DNA from: Sminthopsis crassicaudata
Taxonomy: Eukaryota
Direction: 5' to 3'
NCBI RefSeq assembly: GCF_048593235.1
Contig: NC_133620.1
Span: forward strand, 27,747,772 to 27,811,771
DNA length: 64,000 bases
Positions 1 through 11,400 of this stretch are shown piece by piece. Numbering within the stretch: position 1 is the first letter of the stretch; the number at the start of each line of letters is the position of its first letter. Under the pieces are notes generated by a model, which was given only the letters and a program-made list of their open reading frames with translations, did not search any database and was not told the DNA's origin. Position numbers and translations under genes: made by a program.

Positions 1-120
1 ACTGAGCCCCAGAAGAATGCCAAACCTAGCTGCTATTCAGTACTGGAAATCGATCAGAACTTCCCCAGGGCAAATTAAAGCAGCTGTCATTCCTTTGCAT
101 TTAATAGACCTTAAGCCTTT

Positions 121-2224
121 TTTTTTTTTTTTTTCTTAGATCATTATATTATTTTTTTTTAAATTTATTTTTATTTTATTTTATAATTATAACATTTTTT
201 GACAATACATATGCATGGGTAATTTTTTTATAACATTATCCCTTGCACTTACTTCTATTCAGATTTTTTCCCTTCCTCCCCCAAACCCCTCCCCCAGATG
301 GCAAGCAGTCTTATATATGTTAAATATATTACAGTATAATTTAGATACAATATATGTGTGTAGAACCGAATTTTTTGTTGCACAGGAAGAATTGGATTCA
401 GAAGGTAAAAATAACAGTTTACATTCATTTCCCATTGTTCCTTTTCTGGATGTAGCTGGTTCTTTCCATCATTAATCAATTGGAATTGGATTAGCTCTTC
501 TCTATGTTGAAGAAATCCACTTCCATCAGCATACATCCTCGTACAGTATCATTGTTGAAGTGTATAATGATCTTCTGGTTCTGCTCGTTTCACTCAGCAT
601 CAGTTGATGTAAGTCTCTCCAAGCCTCTCTATATTTCTCCTGTTGGTCATTTCTTATAGAACAATAATATTCCATAACATTCATATACCATAGTTTACCC
701 AACCATTCTCCAACTGATGGACATCCATTCATCTTCCAGCTTCTAGCCACTATGAAAAGGGCTGCCACAAACATTTTGGCACATACAGGACCCTTTCCCT
801 TCTCTAGTAGTTCCTTGGGGTATAAGCCCAGTAGTAGTATGGCTGGGTCAAAGGGTATGCACATTTTGATAACTTTTTGGGCATAATTCCAGATTGCTCT
901 CCAGAATGGTTGGATTCTTTCACAACTCCACCAACAATGCATCAGTGTCCCAGTTTTCCCACAGCCCCTCCAACATTCATCGTTATTTGTTCCTGTCATC
1001 TTAGCCAATCTGACAGGTGTGTAATGATACCTCAGAGTTGTCTTAATTTGCATTTCTCTGATCAATAGTGATTTGGAACACTCTTTCATATGAGTGGAAA
1101 TAGTTTTAATTTCATCATCTGAAAATTGTCTGTTCATATCCTTTGACCATTTATCAATTGGAGAATGGCTTGATTTCTTATAGATTAAAGTCAATTCTCT
1201 GTATATTTTGGAGATGAGGCCTTTATCAGAACCTTTAACTGTAAAAATTTTTTCCCAATTTGTTACTTCCCTTCTAATCTTGTTTGCATTAGTTTTGTTT
1301 GTGCAGAAACTTTTTAATTTGGTGTAATCAAAATGTTCTATTTTGTGATCAATAATGGTCTCTAGTTCTCCCTTGGACACAAACTCCTTCCTCCTCCACA
1401 AGTCTGAGAGGTGAACCATCCCATGTTCCTCCAATTTATTTATGATTTCGTTCTTTATGCCTAAATCTTGGACCCATTTTGATCTAATCTTAGTATGTGG
1501 TGTTAAATGTGGGTCCATGCCTAGTTTCTGCCATACTAATTTCCAGTTTTCCCAGCAGTTTTTGTCAAATAATGAATTTTTATCCCAAAATTTGGGATCT
1601 TTGGGTTTGTCAAAGATTAGATTGCTATTTTTATTCACTATCTTGTCCTGTGAACCTAACCTATGCCACTGATCAACTAGTCTATTTCTTAGCCAATACC
1701 AAATGGTTTTGGTGACTGTTGCTTTATAATATAGCTTTAAATCAGGTACACTTAGACCACCTTCCTCTGACTTTTTTTTCATTAGTTCCCTTGCAATTCT
1801 CGACCTTTTATTCTTCCATATGAATTTTGTTGTTATTTTTTCTAGGTCATTAAAATAGTTTCTTGGGAGTCTGATTGGTATAGCACTAAATAAATAGATT
1901 AGTTTGGGGAGTATTGTCATCTTTATTATATTCGCTCGGCCTATCCAAGAACATTGAATGTCTTTCCAATTATTTAAATCTGACTTTATTTTTGTGGCAA
2001 GTGTTTTGTAATTTTGCTCATATAATTCCTGACTCTCCTTTGGTAGATATATTCCCAAATATTTGATACTATCGACTGTTATTTTGAATGGAATTTCTCT
2101 TTGTATCTCTTGCTGTTGGATTGTGTTGGTAATGTATAAAAATCCTGAGGATTTATGTGGATTTATTTTGTATCCTGCGACTTTGCTAAAATTCTGAATT
2201 ATTTCTAATAGCTTTTTAGCAGAG
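121..2224 (-). mobile_element. 5'-truncated young LINE-1 (3' part of ORF2, 3' UTR, poly-A)
   Basis: ORF2 frame is open from 2223 to the stop at 526 (SAKKLLEIIQNFSKVAGYKIN...KYLGIYL...CWRGCGKTGTLMHCWWSC), covering the end of the RT domain and the CCHC knuckle. T-tract at 121-134. Identical 16-bp TSD tagaccttaagccttt at 105-120 and 2225-2240, ending at a TTT/AAAA endonuclease-type site. Confidence 0.97.
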
Positions 2225-2240
2225 TAGACCTTAAGCCTTT

Positions 2241-2840
2241 AAAAAAATTTAATAAAAAAAAACAAAAAGAACTCTCATCATAAACAACTTTTATGGGGAG
2301 AGAGAAGAACAGACCTCAAATCCTGAGGTTCCTAAAAGCAAAGCAACTCCAGATGAAACCCTAAAGAGAGACATGAGCTGATCCCTATTTCACAAGGCTT
2401 TCTTTGAAAATTGCACAAAGGATCTTAAAAGAGAGTTAGAAAAAATGGGAAATGAAATGAGATCATGGCAAGAAAAAAATGGAAAAAGCATGTAATGTCC
2501 TACAAAAGAGATATGAAAAAAACACCAATTCACTGAAAAACAAAATTTGTGAAATGGAAAAAGAATACAATGAACAAAAAAATTCTATTGGCCAATTGCA
2601 AAAGGAGCTAAAAAGGGTAACCAAAGAAAATAATACACTAAAAATTAGAATTGAACAAATGGAAGTGAATGACTCAATAAGAGTTCAAGAATCAGTCAAA
2701 CAAACCAAAAAAAATGAAAAAATAGAAGAAAATATGAAATATATCCTAGGAAAAACAATTGATCTGGAAAATAGATCTAAGAGAGACAATCTAAGGATTA
2801 TTGAGCTTCCTGAAAGCCATGATGAAAAAAAAAGACCCAT
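2241..2840 (+). mobile_element. Older degraded LINE-1 ORF1 fragment (coiled coil and start of RRM)
   Basis: ORF 2479-2877 gives heptad-rich KNKICEMEKE...LKIRIEQME and LENRSKRDNLRIIELPES, typical of L1 ORF1p. The upstream part is frameshifted. Confidence 0.85.
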
Positions 2841-3006
2841 AAAATTATCAAATATTTTCTGCTATCCAATAAAGTAATTAAGATTCACATAGCATGTTTT
2901 ATGCTAAGCATTTTTGCAATCGTGTTATCTTCACAACAATAATTATCTCTTTTTACAAATCAGAAAACTGGACAGAGATAAAATAATTTGCCATAAATTA
3001 CACGGC

Positions 3007-3058
<52 letters not shown>
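3007..3058. repeat. (TA)n microsatellite
   Basis: Direct reading; one G interruption. Confidence 0.97.
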
Positions 3059-3059
<1 letters not shown>

Positions 3060-3060
<1 letters not shown>

Positions 3061-4340
3061 ATAATTGAAACAGAGAATGGTGAGCTTACCAAATTCAGAG
3101 GCTGACTGGCTCCCTCACCTCACACTGCCATGCCAGGGATACTCAGATCCTTCTCAGGAAGTTCCTGGACAGAACCTCTTGAAAGCTGAGGTGACTAGTG
3201 CCAGGATATCCCTTTGAGGTAATTTCAGAAGCCAGGGCCCAGGGAATGCTGGCCATTGAACCTTGTCCCCACTCCTTCAAAACTGGGTTGGGGAGTATTT
3301 GGGCAAGGTTGTGTGGGGTCCCTATGGTTGCTTCCCCTATTTATACTTCTATTTCTATTTCAACAGAATTTGAGTTTTAATCTGATTTGAGATGAGAAGA
3401 GTTAGCAAATAGAGGGACTTAGGCTATATAGATCTTATTAGCAATCCCCACAACTGAAATACACTCAAGACCACTCCAGGGAGTGGAGTGGACAGGGTCC
3501 CTTAAAACCTTCTGGGGTGCTTTCTCAAAGGAGCAGAAGAGGGCTCCAGACAAGATAGGAATCAAAGAAAGATTAGCAAAAGTTGCTGTTTAGCTGGTTT
3601 GTTTTTTCTTTTTCTTTTCTTCCAGAATAGGGTAAATTTCTGGAATTACTTCCAATGTTTCAGGAATTTTTCTTGCAATCTTAAAATGACTTATTGCTAA
3701 ACTTCTTAATCATGGCTGTCAAAATTTTGAGAATCTAGTAAGATGTTATTTTAATTTTAACTAGCTAATTTTTTGTGTAGCCCCCAGCTTGGCCAGAGCT
3801 GAAGTCCAAGGAAAAAAGTTAGACTTTTAAAGAAATTTTCCCAGCATTCTAACTATAGCATAGAGGTTTTTTCTTGTTGTTTGCATTTTAAATCTTTCCA
3901 GGTAACAAAATCTAGCTCACAGAACAAACATGACACAGACATTCTGCACAGAAACACAGACACAGACATGAAAGAAGACTGTCCCATCTTTGCCAAAAGC
4001 CATAAAATTTTGTCAAAAGCTATCCTGTAGTGCTTCATCTTCTCTGGCATCTCAAATAAGGTGAAAGGGTAGCAAAGGTTAATTTTGCCAAAAATTACAA
4101 AAATTCCTAGTCTGAGCATCCCTAGTCAAGGAAAATTTGCTGAGTGTGGAGCTTATGATGACCCAGACAAGTCTTCTCCCACTGGCTTTGAGTGTTCCAG
4201 CTATAAGATTGTGGGAGGAAAAAAAAAAAAACGGAAGACTTACCTTGAAAGGAGGGAATCAAGCCAGAGGAGGCTTCACTCTCCCCAAATGTTGAGGTTG
4301 ACAAAAGGACCCCATAGTTTGAGGTCACAGACCAGTGTTG
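3060..4340 (-). mobile_element. Possible degraded ERV leader/internal region
   Basis: Minus strand reads ...CAACA-C-TGGTCTGTGAC (LTR-end plus PBS-like, starting at 4334), followed about 90 nt later by a perfect donor CAAG|GTAAGT (4244/4243), the usual ERV leader layout. No intact gag/pol. Boundaries are approximate. Confidence 0.35.
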
Positions 4341-4739
4341 CAAGGTGTCTCAAAAGAATTTGCAGGCTTGAATTCATTTCCTGGTCAAGGGGCAAAGTTA
4401 TTGTAATTTTAACACCAATTGAAACAGGCTAAGTTCCAAAAGAATTTAGCAAAGAATAGACACATTTATCTAGTTCTTCATGTTAAAGATATGCTAATTT
4501 TATGCCCAGATATAGAAATATGATTCTCACTGACCAACAAACATATCTGGATCAAAAAAGGTTATGCACAGCTTTATAGCTTTTTGGGAGATTTGCTATT
4601 TTGTTACATGAATAGCACATAAACTCAACCAACCATATCAAAGCAAGGCAGGGTCTTCGGTGATTGAGCAACTTGTTTTTGGGGAAACATGACTTTTAAA
4701 GTAGAAGAGTGGAGAGCAGAAATAACATGTATTGAATTG

Positions 4740-5299
4740 TTGAGACTGTCATAAAGATAGTCTGAGAAAAATGAGTTCCAATCAAAGCTGTCTCAAATAT
4801 GCTAATCAAGACAATCTAGGAAAACTTGAGTTCCCATCTTGGTTGACCATAGGAACAGAATGGGCTTGATGAGGTCCTAAATGGTGTATTGAATAGAGAG
4901 AAACTAAATAATTGGTCCCTGAGCCAAGAAGGGAAAAGGCACTGATAAAAATCAATTTAGCTCCATGGAGTTCATCCAATCAGAAATCCAAGTTAAGTCA
5001 AACCCCAGAGCCCACCCCCTATAAGGGGTCTCGCGAAGTCTCCCCTTTCCATGCCCTGTCAGAAATCCTCTAACCTCATTGGGTGTTTCCTTTCCACTGG
5101 GTAATTGTGAGTTTCACTGAGGAACATGTCTTTCTTATGCTGTCCCACTGTTTCATATTTACCATTCCTGGTATCTATTATATCCCTTCATTTTGTCTAT
5201 AATCTGTTCCCCTAAATAAATCTACCTTTTGCCAGAGAGAATGGCCATTGTGGATTCTTCACATGGTCAAACCCCAACTTTTGGTGCCTGCCATCATCA
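4740..5299 (+). mobile_element. Probable solo LTR
   Basis: Ordered CCAAT (4976), TATAA (5020), AATAAA (5215) and a ...CCATCA end. The 5' boundary and TSD are not resolved. Confidence 0.5.
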
Positions 5300-6491
5300 G
5301 GTGTCTATATCACCACATCAGGCTTCTTTTAGCAATTCCTAAGAATAAGCTGGGCCAGCTCACAAGCTGGGCCAGAGTCCCATCAGCATTACTCTCTAAT
5401 CACTTCACTATTTTGATTGTCCATAGGGATTAGAGGAGTTCAAAAAGAGTCAAGCCAACTCCATATCCAAAAAGATGGAGATTTGACTAAGCAATGTTGC
5501 ATCTAGAGAAGACTTGAGGATTTGAGAAGACTGCATCTTAAATGTTCCTCTGTTCCTCTCTTGCACCCAGCCCCAGTATCCAATCTGTTGCCAAAACTTG
5601 TCCTTTCTACTCTCGTGCCATTTCTTTTTACTTGCCAAGGTAACAGTCTCATTTGGAGCAGTCCATTATTAGTTTTTCCAGATCTCAGGGCTAAATCTGC
5701 CTCCTGACAACTTCCCTTCACTTCTCCTGGGTCTGGGCTCTGGCGCCAAACTGAACTGAACAAGGCTGATCCCTTTTCTAAGATTCAACTCTTCAGATAC
5801 TGGAAAGTTTTCTCATGTCCCTATCTGTGCTTTCTTTCTCCCGGTTACACATGGCCAGCCCCTTCATAGAATGGCCTCATCATTGCTTGCCTGCTCTCAT
5901 TCCTTGGTCAGCTGCTGAGATTGAAATAGAATCCTGGGGTCCAATTGAGGAGAATAATGACCGGATTCCTTCAATAGTCATCCTGATATAATGGTGGGAA
6001 CCAGGCTCCTACTTCCTCTGGGGGAGAGGACCATTGTTCTTGATATAACTGGGGTTCCCTGCCTCCACCCCTCACTACAGGCATATTCAGTCTTTGCCTC
6101 TAGTAGAGCTGTAGAGCCTCCCTCACATCTGGGCCCAGCTGTTTACATAGAAGCTAAAGTCAGGTGGCTGGGAGAGACTGGGAAATTCCAGGAACCCAAC
6201 CACCTGCAGCTTGGAAAAGAGCCAGCCATTATGAGGTCCCCAGGGCTGAGAGGCACCTGTTGGGGAAAAGTTCCTCTAGTATTTCCCCACCTCCTCTGCT
6301 ACTCCCACTTCCAATGGAATCCTAGAGTGCCCTCCCTTACCTGCCAACTGAACTTCTGTAAATGTATTTAAGTCTTTCCATGGTGAAGAGGGAAGCCCAT
6401 CCCTCACAATTCTCAGGGAATTAACTTCCCCCCCTGCCCCCAGGTTATTCTCTATAATTTTCCAGAATGGTTTTCTGGATAACAATTTGGA

Positions 6492-6493
<2 letters not shown>

Positions 6494-6536
<43 letters not shown>
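6494..6536. repeat. (TG)n microsatellite
   Basis: About 21 TG units read directly. Confidence 0.97.
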
Positions 6537-6538
<2 letters not shown>

Positions 6539-6678
6539 AATTATAATTGTCCATACCCTTTGACTCAGCAATCCTATGGCTCAGAATATGCCCCAAGGAG
6601 GTCAAAGACAAAAACAAAAGACTAACATATGCAAAATGTTCCGAACAACTTTCTTTGTGATAATAAAGAATGGGGGGA

Positions 6679-6834
6679 GGGTAGCTAGTGGTGCAATGGA
6701 TAGAGCACCAGCCCTGACATCAGGAGGACCCGAGTTCAAATTTGGACTCAGACACTTAACACTTCCTAGCTGTGTGACCCTGGGCAAGTCACAACCCCAA
6801 TTGCCTCAACAAAAACAAAAACAAAAAAAAGAAA
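6679..6834 (+). mobile_element. WSINE1-type tRNA-derived SINE inserted in an old L1 3' fragment
   Basis: A/B-box head (gagttcaaa), acacttaacacttcctagctgtgtgaccctgggcaagtcac body and A-rich tail. 14-bp TSD aaagaatgggggga at 6665-6678 and 6835-6848. Confidence 0.9.
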
Positions 6835-6975
6835 AAAGAATGGGGGGAATGGTGTGCATTCATTGGGGAATGGGTATGAAAATTATAAAATATGCCAATA
6901 ATGGCAAATTAATGGAATTAATTAATTAATGGAATATTATGCCATAAGAAATAATAGCTATCTATCATTTATCTA

Positions 6976-7200
6976 GGGGCAGTTAGGTGGTAGAGTAGAT
7001 AGGTCAGAAACATTCATCTTCCTAAGCTCAAATTTGGTCTCAAACACTTAACAGTTGTGTGACCACGGATCACATCACTCTGTTTTCCCCAGTTTCCTCA
7101 TCTGTAAAATGAGTTGAAGGAAATGACCACCCCCTCCAGTATCTCTGCCAAGAAAACCCCAAATTGGGTCACAGAGAATCCGATACAATTGGACAATAAA
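6976..7200 (+). mobile_element. MAR1-type CORE-SINE
   Basis: CORE cagtttcctcatctgtaaaatg followed by an RTE-derived tail ctccagtatctctgccaagaaaacccc. Confidence 0.8.
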
Positions 7201-7444
7201 AATCATTTATGTAGCACTTTAAAGTTAACAAAGCATTTTATGTACAGTATCTTATTTAATCTTCACAACAAGCCTGGAGATGGATACTGTTATTTTAGCC
7301 ATTTTACAGGTAAAGAAACTTGAGATAACCAGAGGGGACAAGCAGGGCTACACAGCTTCTATGGATCTGAGACTGAAATTGAACTCAGGTTTTCTTCTCT
7401 CCAGCTCTACTGCACAATCTAAATGCCTTTAAAAATGACCTTTT

Positions 7445-7602
7445 GGGACAGCTAGGTGGCGCAGTGGATAGAGCACCAGCCTTGAATTCAGGAGGACCGG
7501 AGTTCAAATCGGATCTCAGACACTTAACACTTCCTAGCTATGTGACCCTGGGCAAGGCACTTAATCCCAGCCTCAGGACAAAAAAAAAAAAAAAAAAAAA
7601 AA
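7445..7602 (+). mobile_element. WSINE1-type SINE
   Basis: gctaggtggcgcagtggatagagcacc...ggagttcaaatc...cacttaacacttcctagc with a long A tail. Confidence 0.92.
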
Positions 7603-7739
7603 TGACTCCTCTCTGAGCCCCTTCCCACAATGCAGCACTTGGGGAGTACAGACTGGGTCCCCAGGGCCAACTACCACCTCAGACTCCAGGAGTTTTGTGC
7701 ACTGTACTTTTAAAAATAGAAGTCATTATGCTAGACTTA

Positions 7740-8230
7740 ATTTTTCTTGGCCATAAAGTGATTCAAGAGAATTCCAGTAGAGTAGGGGCAGAAAATGCCA
7801 TCCACATCCACAGGGAGAACTGTGGAGACTGACTGTGGATCAAAGCATAGTGTTTTCACCTTTTTTTTTTTTTGTTTGTTTGCTTTTTCTTTTTTCTTTT
7901 TCTGAGGCTGGGGTTAAGTGACTTGTCCAGGGTCACACAGCTAGGAAGTGTTAAGTGTCTGAGACCAGATTTGAACTCCGGTCCTCCTGACTTCAGGGCT
8001 GGTGCTCTACCCACTGCACCATCTAGCTGCCCCTGTTTGCTTTTTCTTTCTCATGGTTTTCCCCTTTTGTTTTAATTTTCCTGTCACAATATGACAAATA
8101 TGGAAATGTTTATAAGGACTGTACATGTGTGACCTATATCAGATTGTTTGCTATATTGGGGAGAGGAAAGGGAGGAAGGAAGAAAAAATGAATGTTGAAA
8201 ACTACTTTTACATGTAATTAGAAAAATAAG
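7740..8230 (+). mobile_element. Old L1 3' UTR fragment interrupted by a SINE
   Basis: gaaaatgccatccacatccacagggagaactg...aatatggaaatgttt...aatgttgaaaacta, characteristic of marsupial L1 3' ends. Confidence 0.7.
7885..8033 (-). mobile_element. WSINE1-type SINE, antisense
   Basis: Reverse complement of the same SINE body; T-rich tail on the left. Confidence 0.92.
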
Positions 8231-9055
8231 ACATGAGTGAAATTTTAAAAATAAGAGTGAAGTTCATGAAAGGGCAGTAAACAGAGAATGGAGGAAAACA
8301 AGACAGAAGTGGTGATGAGCAGCGTCCGCAGAGGTAGTGAAGTCTTTGGCAGAATGTTTTCCACTGGCTCTGCAGGCTTTGGGGGCGGTGGGGGTAGCTG
8401 GGTCAGGCTGGTGGCCCTGTCTAGATCTGTGCATGGGGCAAAGCCTTTTTTCTCCTGGGGAGGGTTTCAGGGGGTGAGATGAGCAGTGTTGGAGAAAGAG
8501 GGCTGGAAGGCAAGGGAGGCTGCTGCCAGCGGCCTGGGATGCCAACACGCTAGCCAGATGACGGACTCAGCCACAGGTCAAAGGCCTGAGTTTGCCCAGC
8601 ATCATAGTTTGCAGTCTGCACCAGCTGCTGGCAAGAGGCCAGTGCTGGGGACCCAGTTCTGGCAGCATCTGGAAGCAGAGAAGCTTTGGTTTGATTCCCA
8701 GCTGGGCTACTTTATACCCACAGGACCTGGGCCAATCCCAGAGCTTCAATTTACCCAGCTGTAAAATGGATCCATTGGATAGGATGATGTGTAATTATTA
8801 AACCAGCCACAAGCACTTATTAACGCCTCCTTAACGCGGGGGAAGCCAGGGCTCCGCTTGGCCAAGCAAAGGCCTCAGCCCCCAAGATGCGTAACTCAGG
8901 AGACCACGGGTACGATTTCCCGCCGTCCTCCCTGTGGGCAAAGTAGCCTCTCAGGCCGGGCATCCGTTCTTGGAATGGGCGAAGGGGCCGGCCGCGTCTC
9001 TGAGACAGGGGTCCTGATGCAGACACCGACCCCCCAGCGCTGCCCTGGAAGCCGG

Positions 9056-10200
9056 GCTCCCCGCTCTGTCCCCGTCCCGAGGGCGCCACCGTCCTCAGCC
9101 GGGACCCCGGGCCCGCTCCCCGCTGCCCCGCCCTGTCCCGTCCCGAGGGCGCCACCGTCCTCAGCCCGGGCCCCGGGCCCGCTCCCCGCTGCCCCGCCCT
9201 GTCCCCATCCGGGGGGCGCCACCGTCCTCAGCCCGGACCCCGGGCCCGCTCCCCGCTCTGTCCCCGTCCCGAGGGCGCCACCGTCCTCAGACCAGACCCC
9301 GGGCCCGCTCCCCGCTCTGTCCCCATCCGGGGGGCGCCACCGTCCTCAGCCCGGACCCCGGGCCCGCTCCCCGCTCTGTCCCCGTCCCGAGGGCGCCACC
9401 GTCCTCAGCCCGGACCCCGGGCCCGCTCCCCGCTCTGTCCCCGTCCCGAGGGCGCCACCGTCCTCAGCCCGGACCCCGGGCCCGCTCCCCGCTCTGTCCC
9501 CGTCCCGAGGGCGCCACCGTCCTCAGCCCAGACCCCGGGCCCGCTCCCCGCTGCCCCGCCCTGTCCCGTCCCGAGGGCGCCACCGTCCTCAGCCCGGACC
9601 CCGGGCCCGCTCCCCGCTGCCCCGCCCTGTCCCCATCCGGGGGGCGCCACCGTCCTCAGCCCGGACCCCGGGCCCGCTCCCCGCTCTGTCCCCGTCCCGA
9701 GGGCGCCACCGTCCTCAGCCCGGACCCCGGGCCCGCTCCCCGCTCTGTCCCCGTCCCGAGGGCGCCACCGTCCTCAGCCCAGACCCCGGGCCCGCTCCCC
9801 GCTGCCCCGCCCTGTCCCGTCCCGAGGGCGCCACCGTCCTCAGCCCGGACCCCGGGCCCGCTCCCCGCTGCCCCGCCCTGTCCCCATCCGGGGGGCGCCA
9901 CCGTCCTCAGCCCGGACCCCGGGCCCGCTCCCCGCTCTGTCCCCGTCCCGAGGGCGCCACCGTCCTCAGCCCGGACCCCGGGCCCGCTCCCCGCTCTGTC
10001 CCCGTCCCGAGGGCGCCACCGTCCTCAGCCGGGACCCCGGGCCCGCTCCCCGCTGCCCCGCCCTGTCCCGTCCCGAGGGCGCCACCGTCCTCAGCCCGGA
10101 CCCCGGGCCCGCTCCCCGCTCTGTCCCCATCCCGAGGGCGCCACCGTCCTCAGCCGGGACCCCGGGCCCGCTCCCCGCTGCCCCGCCCTGTCCCCGTCCC
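9056..10200. repeat. GC-rich minisatellite, 59/66/67-bp units, about 18-19 copies
   Basis: Anchor gcgccaccgtcctcag recurs at 9083, 9149, 9216, 9275, 9334, 9393, 9452, 9511, 9577, 9644, 9703, 9762, 9828, 9895, 9954, 10013, 10079 and 10138. Confidence 0.97.
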
Positions 10201-10860
10201 GGAGAGGGGGGAGGGGCGCCGCCACCGGCATAATCACAGCTCTCCCCCGCCGCGGCGCATCTATTTCCCCGCTCGGCCCCTCCCAGTCCTCTGATGACTT
10301 GGGTCATGGAATGAGGTCATCCTGGGGACTCTGGAGCCCGACGCCGCGGGCTGGGAGTCAGGACGCTCCGGCTCCCTCCCAGGTTGGGGCCCGGGGCCCT
10401 CCCGCCGCTCTCCGGGCTGTAGCCGTTCTCCCGGACAACGAGCGCAACGCGGAAGCAGTGACTGAGCGCTCCTTCGGGGGTCCCTGGGCCAGGCTGGGGG
10501 GGTCCTTCACCAGCACCTCCTCCTCCGCCGAGGCCGGGAGACCCCCGCAGGTGCCTTTCACGCTCCGCCCGTCTGTTCACGGGCTTCAGTCTCCCCCAGA
10601 GATTCCGCACGTGCCCGCCGGCGCCCGGCACACGCCCCCTAGAGCTCCGTAACGGCCCGCCGGCTCCTCTGGAGCACTTGCTTGTACAGAGGTGGAAACC
10701 GGGCTGAGGCTGGAGGCCTGACAGGCCGGAGCAGGAGAAAGCCCTGGCTGGGGGCTTCACCAGCGGGAGCTCAGCCTCCCCACCTGTGCGGTGGCACGGA
10801 CCCGGGGGTCGCCTCTTCCCTTACCCTGAGGACTGTGGGCCAGAGGTTTTAGCTTCCGGG

Positions 10861-11400
10861 CCTCAGTTTCCCCATCTGTATCACGGGAAGGGGCACGGAC
10901 AGGGGCCTCAGCTTCCCCATCTGTATCACGGGAAGGGGCACAGACAGGGGCCTCAGTTTCCCCATGTGGTATCACGAGAAAGGACACGGACAGGGGTCTC
11001 AGTTCCCCATCTGTATCATGGGAAGGGGCACAGACAGGGGCCTCAGTTTCCCCATCTGGTATCACGAGAAAGGACAAGGACAGGGGTCTCAGTTCCCCAT
11101 CTGTATCACGGGAAGGGGATGGGCAGGGGCCTCAGTTTCCCCATCTGGTATCACGAGAAAGGACACGGACAGGGGCCTCAGTTTCCCCATCTGGTATCAC
11201 GAGAAAGGACACGGACAGGGGTCTCAGTTTCCCCATCTGTATCACGGGAAGGGGCACGGACAGGGGCCTCAGTTTCTCCATCTGTATCATGGGCAGGGGA
11301 TGGACAGGGGCCTCAGTTTCCCCATCTGTATCACGGGAAGGGGCACGGACAGGGGCCTCAGTTTCCCCATCTGTATCATGGGCAGGGGATGGACAGGGGC
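10861..11400. repeat. About 45-bp minisatellite, 12 copies, built on the CORE-SINE motif
   Basis: (c/t)ctcagtttccccatctg(g)tatca recurs at 10861, 10906, 10951, 10997, 11041, 11087, 11130, 11176, 11222, 11267, 11311 and 11356. Confidence 0.95.

Noticed and set aside
526-2058. 510-aa ORF as a host gene
   Set aside because: It is 5'-truncated L1 ORF2; the listed start is a TTG leucine in KYLGIYL, and the endonuclease and most of the RT are absent.
8858-10294. 478-aa Pro/Arg-rich ORF and overlapping minus-strand ORFs
   Set aside because: They are translations of the 59-67-bp GC-rich minisatellite, which lacks stops by composition; no homology was recognised.
9056-11400. Regularly spaced repeats that could be taken for a CRISPR array
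   Set aside because: These are head-to-tail tandem units with no unique spacers, in mammalian DNA with no cas genes.
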